Shown: piece by piece, positions 13,436 through 26,757 of the stretch
Layout of the letters: the number at the start of each line of letters is the position of its first letter
Numbering within the stretch: position 1 is the first letter of the stretch
NCBI GenBank assembly: GCA_043228905.1
Contig: JBHGNT010000020.1
Location: forward strand, 5,084,001-5,148,000
Length of the DNA stretch: 64,000 nucleotides
Direction: 5' to 3'
Origin: Azolla caroliniana
Lineage: Eukaryota; Plantae; Polypodiophyta
Notes under the pieces: generated by a model
The model's input: only the letters and a program-made list of their open reading frames with translations
Told to the model about the DNA's origin: nothing
The model's database searches: none
Program-made: the position numbers and the translations under genes

Positions 13436-14657
13436 GTCTTCATGGCAAGCAACATTGAGAGCCTTTCCGTCCTCAAGCCACTCGCCATGCAACATCTATC
13501 TTGGAGTTACTGCACATGGATCTTTGTGGTCCCATGAAACCACTACTCTTGGTGGTGCACGCTACTTCATGATTATCATTGGTGATTTCTTCCTGAAGGT
13601 TTGGGTTTATTTGCTTGTAGAAAAATATCAAGCCTTCACCAAATTTCAAGAATGGGTAGCTCTTGTCAAGAACGAGACATCAAAGAAAGTTCGAAAGATC
13701 AGGTCAGACAATGGTGGCGTGTTTATCTCCCAAGCTTTCCATTGTTTTTGCTCTCAGTGAGGCATTGCTCACCAATTTTCTACACCTTATACTCCACAAC
13801 AAAATGGTGTTGTGAAAAGGAAGAACCGGACAGTCCAAGAGATGGCTCGTACAATGTTATCTCAATCTGATCTTCCTCTCGCGTTTTGGGGTGAATTTGT
13901 CAACATAGCAAGCAGTCTACATGATCAACTGCTGCCCAACAAAAGCAGATGCTACAATGACCCCTGCAACACCCTCAATTTCTCATTTTAAAGTCTTTGG
14001 TTGTGATGCTTATGTTCACATTTCAGATTATACAAGGACTAACTTTGAGTCCAAAACCAAGAAATGCAAGTTTCTTGGTTATAGCACACAATCTAAAGCC
14101 TACATGTTATGGGATTTAGAATCAAAGTTCCTAGTCATCTCTAGGGATGTTCATTTTGTGGACTCTAAGCTAGATGACTCTAGGCTTTCACCTGAGTTCA
14201 CGGTTGAAATCCAAGCTGCTCCAGAGTCTCCTATTTCAGACGAAGATGTCTCACCTTCAAGCCCCCCATCTCCTCCCATTCCTACTCAACCTCTAACTCA
14301 AACTTCTCCCTCAACTCCAATCATTTCCCCTCCCTCCACAAACCAGATTCCACCACTTCCCATGTGGCTTCAAGCCACCATTCGTGATTCCCATCTCTCC
14401 GATGTTGAACTTCATGAGTATACATTTGGTTCTCCGACCAACATGAAAAGAACACACAGGTCACAAAGTGTTATGCTTGATCATATTATATGTTGATGAC
14501 CTTCTAATTATAGGAGGCCCTTGCTTCTAAAATCGAGGAGCTCCATGCTAACCTAAAAACCACATTCGAAATGACTAATCTAGAACTTCTCCATTACTTC
14601 ATAGGTATGGAGATCTATCAATCACATGGTGGTATCTTCCTCAGCCAACATAGGTAT

Positions 14658-14978
14658 TTCAGGCCCAATTGTGTTGTTGACGGGGCCATCTGTAAACGTG
14701 GCTAGGTTGTACAGTTAAGTTGCCCCTTGCACTCACCTTAGGCCTCGACATCATCCATTCGAAAGCGCGTTCGTTGAACTGCTCAAGGACAAGGGAAAAA
14801 GCTGGCTTGTTTTTCCACCCGTAGTACCCTCCTATAGAGCTAAGATTGGAGCTGTCTCTTTTTTGTTTGAAAATGTTAGAAAGACAGACCAAAGAAAGTT
14901 GTTTTCAAAAGGAATTAACCGAAAATCTTGTAGATAGAATGGCCCCCTTGACTTCCGAGGCTCGATGAAACGAGCCCA
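14658..14978. other. ~320-bp non-Copia filler replacing part of RT
   Basis: RT reads ..GIFLSQHRY, breaks, and resumes at FEDITKYRKLIGSLL; the intervening sequence shows no retroelement motif. Confidence 0.6.
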
Positions 14979-17101
14979 TATTTGAAGATATCACGAAATA
15001 TAGAAAGTTAATTGGGTCTCTTCTTCATTTAACTTACACCAGGCTGATTTGTCCTATAGTGTGAGTATTCTCAGCCAATTCTCATTTAACTTACACCAGG
15101 CTGATTTCTTTTAGAGGAAGCATTGAGCTTGTTAGCCACTCGGATTCTAATTGGGCAAGCGATATTGATTCTAGAAGGTCCACATCTGGCTATTGTTTTA
15201 TGTTTGGCTCAAGCTTAATTTCTTGGAAATCAAAGTAGCAAAACTCAGTTTCTACTTCATCGACAAAAGCTGAATATCAAGTCTACTTGGATACTTGTTG
15301 TGAGTTGCTATGGTTAATGCAATTGTTTTGTCACATTGGTGTTTTGCAAGACTCTCCTATTGCAGTTTTCACTAACAACCAACGTCCCCGTGCATTGGCG
15401 CATAGCTCAGCATTTCATGGTAGAACAAAACATATTGAAGTGCACTACCATTTTATCCGTGAATTAGTGAAATCACAAGTCATCAACTTGGCATATTGTC
15501 CTACTCAAGAAAATGTGCATGATTTATTTACTAAGCCACTTCTAAGGCAAGCCATTGATCAGCTCCTTGGTCGATTCAATGTTGGACCACCGTTCTGGAG
15601 CTGAGAGGAAGTTTTGGAGGGTGGCAGCTCCAGACCTGCACTTTCATCTTTATGATCTCTCTTCTTCATTCTCTCTCCTCCTAGATTCTTCCCTCTCTAG
15701 AATCTACAACTCTTTAAATGCCTTCTTCTCTCCCTAGAATCTGCAACGCTTTAAATGGCTTCTCTCTCTTCCACTTTTCCAAGATATTCCCTCGTATTCC
15801 TCGTTTATTGTACCTATTCGGTAGTACAAGAGTCATTTAACTACCAAACAACCATTTCACCCATGTTCCCTAATTTTGTATAAATAGGCTATACCAACAT
15901 CTTTTGTAAGAACTTTATTTTTGTTGCTACTTGCAAACATGCTCCAGTCTTTTGTTGTGTCTCTACTCTTTGCAACTATTTTTGCTACTGATGTCTAGCA
16001 GCCTTCTCACAGCTTGGTTGTGTGTCTATTTTTCCTAACAATTGTTCCGTTGCTGCTATTAACAGCTTTTCTCATAGAGGATTCATCATAGTGATGACGT
16101 TCTTAGACCTTCAATATGGCAAAGTAATATATTGGAATGAAGAGGGGATGGGATGCCTTTAGATGGGCTGCAAAATGGCAGCTCATTGATTCCTCATAAG
16201 ACCTTGTCCACACATGGGTCTTCTCTTTAGGATCACCTGACATAGGGGATGTTTACATGTCAAATATATGCACGGCCAAACCAAACTGTATAGGCCTTAT
16301 TTGACTCTTATTGCCTCCTCCTAGCCAAGATAGCTAGGTTATGTCATGAGGCCACAGAAGGCGTTATCCCCTTCGTATTGTCTCATGCCCACCTGATGGA
16401 TATTGTCACCCCAGTCAACTTCTTACCCTTCTTTAAGAGAAGGATATTATTTTGCAGTAAATCAACGAAAATGACTTTTCTACAACCCTACTTAGGACCT
16501 TTCCATAAGCAATTTATTTATAAACGTGACACTACAATATTTCCAACGGAAGCCATTCAATGAGTGCTTTTAATTAAGGGCCAAAATATCTAGAATCAGA
16601 ACATCGTTGAATTAGATCTCAGACTGGCAATGATGGAAATATTGCATGATAATATACTCCCTTTGGCATCCGCCATCTTGTATCCCATCAGAAATAGACG
16701 AAAATTGTCAACAACAAAGCAAAAGATTATATTTTCAATCCTGTTTCTCCACAACTCAAGACTTTCTTGGTAACAAGTCACAAAGCAGAATCAGAACTAT
16801 GTATGATGCCAAGCACATAGATGTAAATCTTAAGTACATAGTTTAAAAACTATCAGAATAATGGAAAAGATTTTAAAAACAGAAACATAGCTCAGTGGCA
16901 GAAGAATTTCTTCGTAATAACTGCAGAAAAAGACTACAAACCACGTAATGTCACTTCTGAGATTCATATACATATGCATACAGCATAGTACGTATAAACA
17001 CATACATACACAGCCAAAAACATACAGTAAGCGGATGAAATTTGAACCAAACAAAGCGCATGGTAAAAAGTTGTTGGGAAAGCAAAGAGAGGAAGCCTTA
17101 C

Positions 17102-17397
17102 CAGAAGGCGGTGACGCTGGAGAAGTTGGAGGCGGAGATCATAACGCTGAAGGAGATTATGGCGGAGGAGAACTGGCAGATACGTAGAGCGAGGCTGCTG
17201 AAAGTTCCCGGGAAGACCTGGATCTGCATGTCTCGGAACCTCCACCACTGATGCTGACGCTGATGCTGATGCTGATGCTGATGCTGATGCTGATGCTGAT
17301 GATGGACAGAGGGGGGAGACGCAGCAGTGTCTGCGTCGTCTGCGTCTGCGTCTGCGTCTGCGTTTCTCAATGGACCATTGCTAGCATCATCATCCAT
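17102..17397 (-). CDS. CASPL5: CASP-like protein (CASPL5 group), exon 1; spliced protein 207 aa
   Basis: ATG at 17397; ..PGTFSSLALRICQFSSAIISFSVMISASNFSSVTAF then TG|GTAAG donor at 17101; split codon TG+T = Cys restores the family-typical VTAFC(F/Y)LVAAM.LQ. Confidence 0.92.
17249..17362 (-). repeat. In-frame hexamer microsatellites encoding (HQ)n and (DA)n in CASPL exon 1
   Basis: (TGATGC)n at ~17249-17300 and (TGCGTC)n at ~17330-17362 on the plus strand. Confidence 0.9.
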
Positions 17398-17485
17398 GGA
17401 ACGAGAGGGATGGACAGAGGAGTGTAATGAAAATCACAAGGATCTGTGATGGGGAGAAGCGAGAGCTCTACTACCTACAGTAACG

Positions 17486-17523
<38 letters not shown>

Positions 17524-18019
17524 AGCTTCTTCTTTTTGCTGCGGCTGGACTTACTACTGACTGACTAATTGACTGACGGACTGCCGTGGCCATGGGATGG
17601 GATGTCCCGTATAAGTAAGTTCGTATGTATGTATGTAATGGGCATGCCCGTCACAATTTGCTACCAAATCATAACTGAGGCCTCGCGAGGGAATTGCAAC
17701 CACTAGGGTACGACGCGTTTCCAAGGGCGCCTACGAAGTGCACCGTCAGATCTTTATCCAGGAAAGCGCGTGAATTGTCGAGAACTCGGCTCAGACAACC
17801 TCCATCACCAATAACCCGGATCTGCCCCCCTTTTACTATCATCGATAACATGACTTGGCCCCCTTCTATTGTCACTCGAAACCCGGCATGCCCATTTCGC
17901 CATATTCATTCGAAAGGGCTCCATGTCTTCATGTCCGAACCAATGCTCAGACCCTTGTCCAACAATCCTTCTAAGACCAACATACAAGGACACTTGCAAA
18001 ATCTGGAGAGCCCAAGCCT

Positions 18020-18430
18020 TGTATGAACTCCTCCATTATTAGCATTCGAATAATTTGCATCACATAATAGCCACAATTAATCCCATTGGGTTGAGTTGGG
18101 ATTGCAAGTTTGTGATGTTGGCTCTCCGGTATGATGCAATGGTCTCCGAAAGTGCTATTATTCTTTTGTACATCCAGATCTACCAAACTCTTCAAGGATA
18201 GGGTTGCGGGATTATTTAATGGATCGTAAAATACTACCTACTTGGTCACCTTCTGTGCATCCAAACTTGTTGGACTATTGTGCATCTTCATCCAAAGCAC
18301 CCAACAACCAGGGTGCAATGTGGGTATGAAAGCATTTAATCCCACTTTTGCACACGTCCAAGGATGTTGTACATATTGTTGATTTGCTTGGCAAGTTGCA
18401 CTTGAAAATTCAATAGTGTCTAGAGACAAC
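18020..18430 (-). pseudogene. Ulp1/C48-like cysteine protease remnant, probably transposon-borne
   Basis: Motifs in order: FIPTLHPGCWVLW, VVFYDPL, PTQPNGINCGYYVM; internal stop codon. Confidence 0.7.
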
Positions 18431-18629
18431 TTGGGGTTGCGTATATTCCATCCACATGCTAAAGAGGTTGATCGTCTAGGTGGATGGCATCTCCCTCACT
18501 TTGCACTATGATCGCATATCATGATCAAGCACATGGACTGACAGATCCAATCTTCGACATGCAAGTTGGAACCTATTTTTTAGGCCAGAATTACAAGTAT
18601 CATGAACCATTAAAACTTGTTATATTTAG

Positions 18630-18734
18630 TATTAAGAATTAGGTAAGTAATTAAGCAAGGATTAATTAGTACCTAATTATATGATTAGTTGATAAGCGGA
18701 AGATTAAGTGATATGTGTGTGTATGTGTGAGAGA

Positions 18735-18778
<44 letters not shown>

Positions 18779-21700
18779 CAACACAAGATGGGGGATGAGT
18801 AAGTATATTAAATTGGCATTATTATCATCAAATACAAAAATACTCACAATGAGGTATATATACATCTCATGTGCAAAGGTGCACATGTGTGAGTAGAATA
18901 TAGGTACTAATGTGTAAGTCCTATATTAAATGTACTTAGGAGTGGAGGATCTAGAATATCCCAGTTAAGTACAAGGTCCTATTTAAGGTGTTATGGTCAA
19001 CACTTCTAACTAGATTCTATGTAGGTAACTACGAAGTTACATTGTTGACTAACTAACTAAAGTAAGTTGAGCTTGATCTCTCAACACGGCCCCTCAAGCT
19101 CAAGTGTGAGGCATCCAACATCCGGCGTTGTTTTCGGCGTTGTCGGGCTTCCGATGTCGGCTTCTGTGCGGCTTCCGTCCGGCCTTCGACTTTCCTCGCC
19201 GTGGCAATCTTGGTTCCTCCCCCTCAAGCCGATGACGAAGGCTTGTAGTGTGTGGGTGAAAGTCGACTACTTCCACCCATCGTGGGTTACGAGCCACTTC
19301 GGTGGAGCTCTTGGGCTCTTGTTCGGCCGCTACCTTCATCGCGAAGGCATAGTGATGGGCCATGTACTCGTTGTAGCCGTGTTGAGTGACGGGGTTCGTA
19401 GCTCTAGATGAGTGTCGAAGTTTTTCGCTCGCCGATGTGAGCGCCTTCTTTACTCTGGGTGTACACATGATGGGTACACCAAACTCACTGTCTAGTGAGG
19501 GAGCCAATCCATCCGAATCACTGTCGTCGGGGTGATCGACTTTGTATTCGGGCATCTTACCTTTGCCTTTGTCCAAGTTCGTACTTGGCTGTGACGTGCT
19601 CTTGTGGCCCACTAGGCTTTGCCGTAATCAGACTTTTCTTCGAACATGAGTTCGAAGCGATCTCCATCTTCTACCTCTTGTTCGGCGGATTCCGGGTCGA
19701 GCGGAGTTAGAGTCATAGTTGTCTCTGGTGCGTACCAGGATGCGGACTCGTCAAAGACTACATCTCGACTTACCCAAACCGCTCAGGTAGAAGGGTTTTC
19801 GTTTAGGATGCGTACATTCGCAATGCTTCTGAACACCTTGAGGTGTGACAGGATCGGCTTCCTTCCGACGAGGAGCTCGTAGGGAGTTAGCTCATGGACT
19901 ACATTGGTGGTGCACCGATTAATGAGATAGACGGTCGTGGATGCCGCTTCGGCTCAATAGAAATTCAGCATATGCTTCTCATGCATCATGGCGCCTACTA
20001 CCTCGAGTATTTGCCGATATTTCCTTTCGGCGACTCCATTTTGTTGGGGTGTGTGGCGGCATGAGAATTCTCTTCGAATGCCTTCACTTTGGAGGTAGGA
20101 GGTGAATTCGTCAGAGAAGTACTCCTTTCCTCCATCTGATCGTAGGCATCGAATATGCCGATCAGTTTCTTTTACGACTTGCCCCTTGAGCTTTTGGAAG
20201 TGGGAGAACACTTTGCTCTTCTTCTTCATCAGATAGATCCACGCGTAGCGCGAGTAGTCATCGATGAAGGTTACGTAGTATTGGCATCCGCCGATCGTCG
20301 GCGTTTGAGCCAGTCCCCATACATCCGAGTGTATGACGTCGAGGAGGCCTTTGCTTGCGTGGCTCTCCTTCGGGAATGGGAGTCGATGTTGTTTGCCATG
20401 CTTCGCATACTCGGTTGACTCGTTTCGACTTGAATGTTGGAAGTCCAATGACGACTCCCTTGGTTTGCATCACTCAAAGCCGCTGATTCTTTTGTGCCAC
20501 AACTCGATGCTTGTCTCGGTTTTGAGACCTTTGGCGTACATTGCCGATTTCACCTCATTCAAATCGAGGATGAACATTCGGTCGTCTCTTCGCCCCTTCA
20601 CTATGAGTCAACCATCTTTCTCAATGAAGCATCTTTCTTTGTTAAAGCGGACTTGCATGCCTTGCTCCACGATTTGGCTGACGGAGACCAAATTCTTCGT
20701 TATTGTGGGCACGTGCAAGACATTCTTGATGCAAGTTTGTTTGCCTTCTTTCCCGAATGGGACATTGCCGATGTGCCAAATGGGGTGCGTGGTGTCGTAT
20801 CCCGTCTCTATGAAGCCGGGTCGATCCGGCGTTCGTAAATCACGAAACAACTCTTCGTGAGATGTCATGTGATGTGAGGCGCCGGAGTCAACGAACCATA
20901 TGTCTTCTGAGTTGGAGGTGCTTGCGGAGTTGGAGGCTGACATAGAGTTCACTCTATGCCTCATTACGAATAGTCCGCCATAATCATCGTATTCGGAGTT
21001 GACGATGTAATTCGTGTGTTGTCGACTTGTGGAAGCCGACTCACTTATTCTTTTTCGGCATTCCTCCTCGTGGTGGCCGATTTTACCGCAATAGTTGCAA
21101 CTTGCGGGCCTCATTTGCCGACCATGTTCGGCGTGGAAGCTCCCCCTTCTTCCGAAGGTTCCTCGATGGCTTCCATGAAGGTTTGAGTTCCCTTCGTGTG
21201 ATGGGTCGAATTGACCTCTTCTACCGCCATGACCTCCTCCTTGGCCACCATCCGAATTCGAGAAGAACATTTGTCCTTCCAATGTCTTGCTTTTGGTTCG
21301 GACGTGGTTCTCTTTGACCAATAGCATTGATTGGAGGTCGAAGAATCAAGGAGGGTTTTCTCTCGCCAAGATTGCCGTCCGGAATGGATCAAATCGTTGT
21401 GCGAGGCCGCCCAAGCATACTTGAACCATCTCGTCTTCGTCGATGTTTATTTTGATCGAGCCAAGCGAGTCGCAAATGCTCTAATACCATGTTAAGAATT
21501 AGGTAAGTAATTAAGCAAGGATTAATTAGTACCTAATTATATGATTAGTTGATAAGCGGAAGATTAAGTGATATGTGTGTGTATGTGTGAGAGAGGAAGA
21601 GAGAGAGAGAGAGAGAGATACAACACAAGATGGGGGATGAGTAAGTATATTAAATTGGCATTATTATCATCAAATACAAAAATACCCACAATGAGGTATA

Positions 21701-21928
21701 TATACATCTCATGTGCAAAGGTGCACATGTGTGAGTAGAATATATGTACTAATGTGTAAGTCCTATATTAAATGTACTTAGGAGTGGAGGATCTAGAATA
21801 TCCCAGTTAAGTACAAGGTCCTATTTAAGGCGTTATAGTCAACACTTCTAACTAGATTCTATCTAGGTAACTACGAAGTTACATTGTTGACTAACTAACT
21901 AAACTAAGTTGAGCTTGATCTCTCAACA
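18630..21928 (-). mobile_element. Internally deleted Ty1/Copia element (no RT or RNase H)
   Basis: LTRs 18630-19086 and 21490-21928; TSD TTTAG (18625-18629, 21929-21933); PBS TGGTATTAGAGC 21489-21478; PPT at 19097-19087; knuckle CNYCGKIGHHEEEC, PR WFVDSGASHHM, INT LDVIHSDVWG..TPQQNGVAERK. Confidence 0.93.
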
Positions 21929-22629
21929 TTTAGTGTATAAAAAGAACAAACCAAAAACATTTTGGCATACCAGGCCAACTTATTACCAATTGTCAAGTTG
22001 TGTGATCTTGTGGCTTTCCTAAATCCAATGTGAACAAATCCAACATCGTGTGCTTTTTCATCTGAGTCAAATAGAATCTCCTTACATAGGGTTAGATTCA
22101 TCTCTTTCTGTCAAACTTGGATTTTGGCCCTCCTCCGTTGAGTTGGTGTGGATTCAGACGTTGGGTTCTGTCCATAGTCAGTTGAGATGGTACCATCATC
22201 TTGGGATTTCCCATGCTGGTGAGCCTTGCACTGAAATTATGAAGATTGGAATCAATGCATTAGTAAAGCCATACATTTTGCATTCACCAAACTTGAGATT
22301 CATGCTTACGTAAGATTCATATCCATTAGCAATATTTTATTTGAGCTTCTCCATCCGCCGGTCTTTTGTTGAGTCATATATTGCCATCTCACAAATAACA
22401 GAGGGCTCAAACTCAGGAGGATATGCTTCCATCGTTGATTCTGCTTCTCACGAGTGAACTTGGCAACAAATTCTAACTCCATGTAGCTTAGGAGTTGTGT
22501 AGGCATAACATCCCACTAGTTATGTGCTTTCGTCCTCAACTTCTTTAATATGAGCAATGAGATCCATTGTACTTCAGTTCAACATTAAACAAATGTTTTA
22601 TTGACCTTTACCTTTTGTAGTTGCTGAAG

Positions 22630-22839
22630 AATGATGATGCCGGTTGTTTAGTCGGTCAGCCGAACCTTGTACTATGTAGGTGTCATTGGCTAAATCGTGT
22701 ACGAATGATTTTCTTCAAGCAGCTTCCATCAGGATTGAGCTCGTGAGTTCAGAGTACTTCACAACGGCAACTGATGCATTGCACATGGTGGTGATGAAAG
22801 TTTCCCGCAAAGGGGGGAGACTACTCATTCACAACATTG
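22630..22839 (-). pseudogene. Copia gag-like fragment, second part; first part at ~28431-28600, split by the chromovirus insertion
   Basis: Joined across TSD CATTG it reads NIRMKEFDSVQEHINEYESL..IKEELKAML..SSLP..ETFITTMCNAS..YSELTSSILMEAA, resembling Copia gag. Confidence 0.6.
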
Positions 22840-25296
22840 TGTCAGGAATAGTACTAAAGAGAGAGAGAATTAGTACTAGAGAAGAGAAGTACTATTAGTA
22901 CTAGGAGGACGGGACTGCGTAAGATTCCCGAGAGAGGAAGAGAGAAGAGGAGAGAGAGAGAGAGATAGCGAGAATGAGAGAGAGAGAAAGATGATGACAG
23001 TAGCTAATATATTATGTGAACGATAAGTACAAAGTGGCTAAGAGGCTTAAGACTAGCGTTGAACCAATTTGGTTCAAAACAATGCCTTGTGCCTCCTTTT
23101 ATAGTGTTTTTAGGAATAATCCTGAAGCTTCTAGAATGTTCCAGAGAGATCTGGAATATACATCAATTTTCTATGATAAAGCATAAATGAAAATAATATC
23201 CTACAATTTACAATTTATAGTCTAATGGTAAGAGCTTGACCCATGTAGCATAAGGTCATGCGTTCAAGTCTTGCCATATCATGACACTATCTCCCCCTTA
23301 AAGACGACGAGTGGAACGAGTCGGCGCTGATTGTGGACCGTGTTTGTCCGGATACTTTCGGTGGAAATCAACAAGAAGATCCTGAGCATTGGCAACATGC
23401 TCGACGGGTTCCCAAGTACGTTCGCTTGGACTATAACCGAGCCAATCGACCAAATAATAAAGTTTGTTGCGAACAAGTTTGGAATCGAGGATGGCAGCAA
23501 CTTCATACTCTAGGCCGTCGTCCAACTCCAGCGGGGGCGGCGGCGGTGTAACACGATCGGGAATGGTGTTTGCTTTATAAGGTTCAAGAAGAGAACAATG
23601 GAAAACCGGATGTATTTGAAGCTGCAGAGGGAGATCAAGGCGGAATGTGACATCATTAACCTTACCCGTAATACGGAAAGGACCGAGTCATCGATAATCC
23701 AACTTGTCGCACGGTCGAGTAGTCTTGATGTGACGATGTAAGAGCCATACTCGATTTCCGATGGCAAAAGAGGAGGGAATTCGATGACGACCCGCATAAG
23801 TCTTCTGTGTGTTGAGCATGACGAAGGTGAGTAGAGAGATCCATCTGGATCTTGCGTAGCCTTTCCAAATGATCCTTAGCACAAGGGTTGGTAGGTAGCT
23901 CCGGGGTGTCGATCACCGACCAGGGAGGATGAAAACCGGTATAAGCGAAAAATGGGGAGACCCAAGTCGAGGAGTGAATAGCATTATTATACGCAAACTC
24001 CGCAAAGTGGAGAATCTCAGCCCAATCGTCCTGTTGATAACTCAGGAAACACCAGAGATATTGTTCTAGTGTTTGGTTTGTTCATTCCGCCTGCCCATCG
24101 GTCTGGGGATGGTAGCTGGAGGAGAGGTTACAAGAGACCTTGAGCATCTTGAAGAGATGTTGCCAAAATTTGGAGATGAATTGAGGTCCTCGGTCACTGA
24201 TGATACTGTCTGGGAGGCCGTGATGCCGAAATACCTCACGCATGACGAGGGCGGCGGTTTCCTCGCTAGTGATGGCCTTAGTACACGGCACAAAATGTGC
24301 CATCTTCGTATATCGATCGACGATGGTTAAGATAGCATCGAACCCCTTTGAGACCGGCAGATCGGTGATAAAATCAAGACAAATAGATTGCCACGGCTTA
24401 GTTGGAATCGGTAAGGGTTCCAACAAGCCATATTGATGGTGTCGTGGCATCTTTGCTCGATAGCAAGCATCACAGGTTCGAACGTAGTCGTCGACAAAAC
24501 GGCGCATGTGGGGCCACCAAAAAGATCGTTGCACTAGATCCAATGTCTTAGTACTACCGAAATGTCCCGCCGTATGGGTGTCGTGACAATTCTGGACGAT
24601 TTGAAGGCGACAGGAGCAATCGGGGACATATACGCGCTTTTGAAAGAATAACAAACCATCATGATATTCGAATTGTCGGTAGTCAATACCTGGTTGTTGA
24701 GACTGAGAACAGGATGCCCGAGAAGTATCAATGTGTGCCAGGATGTCTTGAGCAAAACTATCCGTCTTCAAGTTTGCACGTATGTCATCGGTAATCCGTG
24801 AATCCATCGGGGTGTGAAAAATCCGCGTTGTGTGCAATCGTGTTGGTCCCAAGATTACTTGCTTTTGATTATCAAATGCTGGATCACTAGCTTGCCGTCG
24901 ATTTAGTACACGAGCGTTCTGGAAATAAGGAAGTTTTTTATGATCACTAAAGACAATGACTTGATGTGGAGAGCCCTCTAAGAAATGCCGCCATTGCACA
25001 AATGAATCCACGATGGCTAATAACTCCTTGTCATGTATTTCGTAGTTGATTTCCACGACATCGAATTTGCGCGAATGGAAAGCCACAAGATGTAACTCTT
25101 CTTTATCTCCTTGTTGAGAAAGGATGCTATCGAGGGTGAAATCTGATCCGTCGGCCTCCATGATGAATGGTTTGCTTGTATCCACATGAGCTAGAATCGG
25201 TGCTGATGTAAAGGCTTTCTTAAGATGCCGAAAAGCCATATCTGCTTCATTGGACCAAAGAAATGCTTGTCCCTTCTTCGTAAGTTGTGTGAGAGG

Positions 25297-26757
25297 TTAA
25301 ATAATCTTCGAGTAATATTGTATAAACTTACGGTAGAAGTTAGCAAAACCTAGAAAACATTGTACATCTCGTACCGACCGTGGAATTTGCCACTCTAGTA
25401 CAGTTTGGACTTTAGCTAGATCCATGGGGATGCCCTTTGAGGAGATGACGTAGCCTAGAAATTCCACTTGCTTGCAGTCAAAGCTACATTTTTCTAGCTT
25501 GGCATAAAGACCATTCTCGCGGAGTCGCTTTAGTACTAATAGTACATGAGAATCGTGCTCTTCTGGGGTCTTCGGATAAATCAATAGATCATCTAGATAG
25601 ATGATCAAACAGATATCCAAGAGGTCTCTGAATATATCATTTGCCATGTGTTGGAAGACTGCGGGTGCATTGGTTAGGCCAAACGGCATAACATTATACT
25701 CGAAATACCCATACCGCGTGCGAAAGACGGTCTTCCATTCATCTCCCGGTCGGATCCGCACGAGGTTATACGCTCCACATAGATCGATTTTGGTAAAAAA
25801 CTTGGCACCATTAACTTGCTCTAAAAGAATTGATATAAGAGGAAGTGCATACCTATTCCGGATGGTGACCTTATTCAATCCACGGTAATCAACGACGAGA
25901 CGAAGTGAGCCATCTTTCTTCTTGACAAAGAAGATGGGTGCACCGGCCAGAGATTTCGAATGACTGATGAACTTGCTTGCCAAGTTCTCCTCTATGTAGG
26001 CTCGAAGGACTTCTAACTCGGTGGGTGACAAGTTGTAAATTGGTCCCCATGGTGGCTCGGTTCCTGGTTGTAAATCGATGGGACAGTCATAGGGACGATG
26101 ATGAGGAAGGGTACCGGCTTTTACCTTATCAAATACATTGGCATAAGGATGATATTTTGCCGGAAGTTGTACTGAGGATTCCTTCTTAATAGTGTTGGAA
26201 GGATGTACTGATATTGCAAATAGGAACATTGCCTCCTTGTGTCCTTCTTCACGTAATTGATGGAGTGAAATAGTTGAAACTCGGTGAGTAGATTCTTGGG
26301 GTTGTTGATATCGGACTTCTCTTGTTCTCCAATCTATGGCTGGATTATGTAATTCAAACCAAGGTAATCCTAGGACAATGGGATGCTCTGGACTACTAAT
26401 TATATTAAATGATACTACACACACAAAACTACCTAGGACAACTTGAATGGGTTCTGATTCTTCTACAATATTCCCGGAAGCAATGGGACGACCATCAATG
26501 ACTACTACAGATGCGGGACAAGGAAGTTTTCTTAAGGATATCTGAGAAGCTTGGGCAAAATTTCGATCCATGAAACAGGAATTAGCTTCGGAATCTAAAA
26601 GTGCTAGGATGGGTACTGGGGGAGTACTTTTAGTACTAACAATGACTTGGGCTAGGAACACATTGCTAACTTGCTTGGAAGGAATGGAACCACTAATGGG
26701 CTGTACAGATCTAGGGCTGCTGTCCAACCAAACGACTCCTATTTTGGCTGGACTCAA
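25297..26757 (-). pseudogene. Chromovirus #1 pol (PR-RT), in the -1 frame relative to gag
   Basis: 486-aa ORF with [31 protein letters not shown] and YLDDLLIY; truncated by a frameshift or stop before RNase H. Confidence 0.9.

Larger units (their letters stand above)
9517..16076 (+). mobile_element. Full-length but decayed Ty1/Copia element in CASPL intron 1, antisense to the gene
   Basis: LTRs 9517-10172 (contains a SINE) and 15612-16076; TSD GCGGA/GAGGA; PBS TGGTATCAAAGC 10173-10184; PPT GAGAGGAAG 15603-15611; PR WLADSGATAHM, INT LELVHMDLCGP, RNase H FHGRTKHIEVHYHFIRE; large RT deletion near 14525. Confidence 0.92.
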
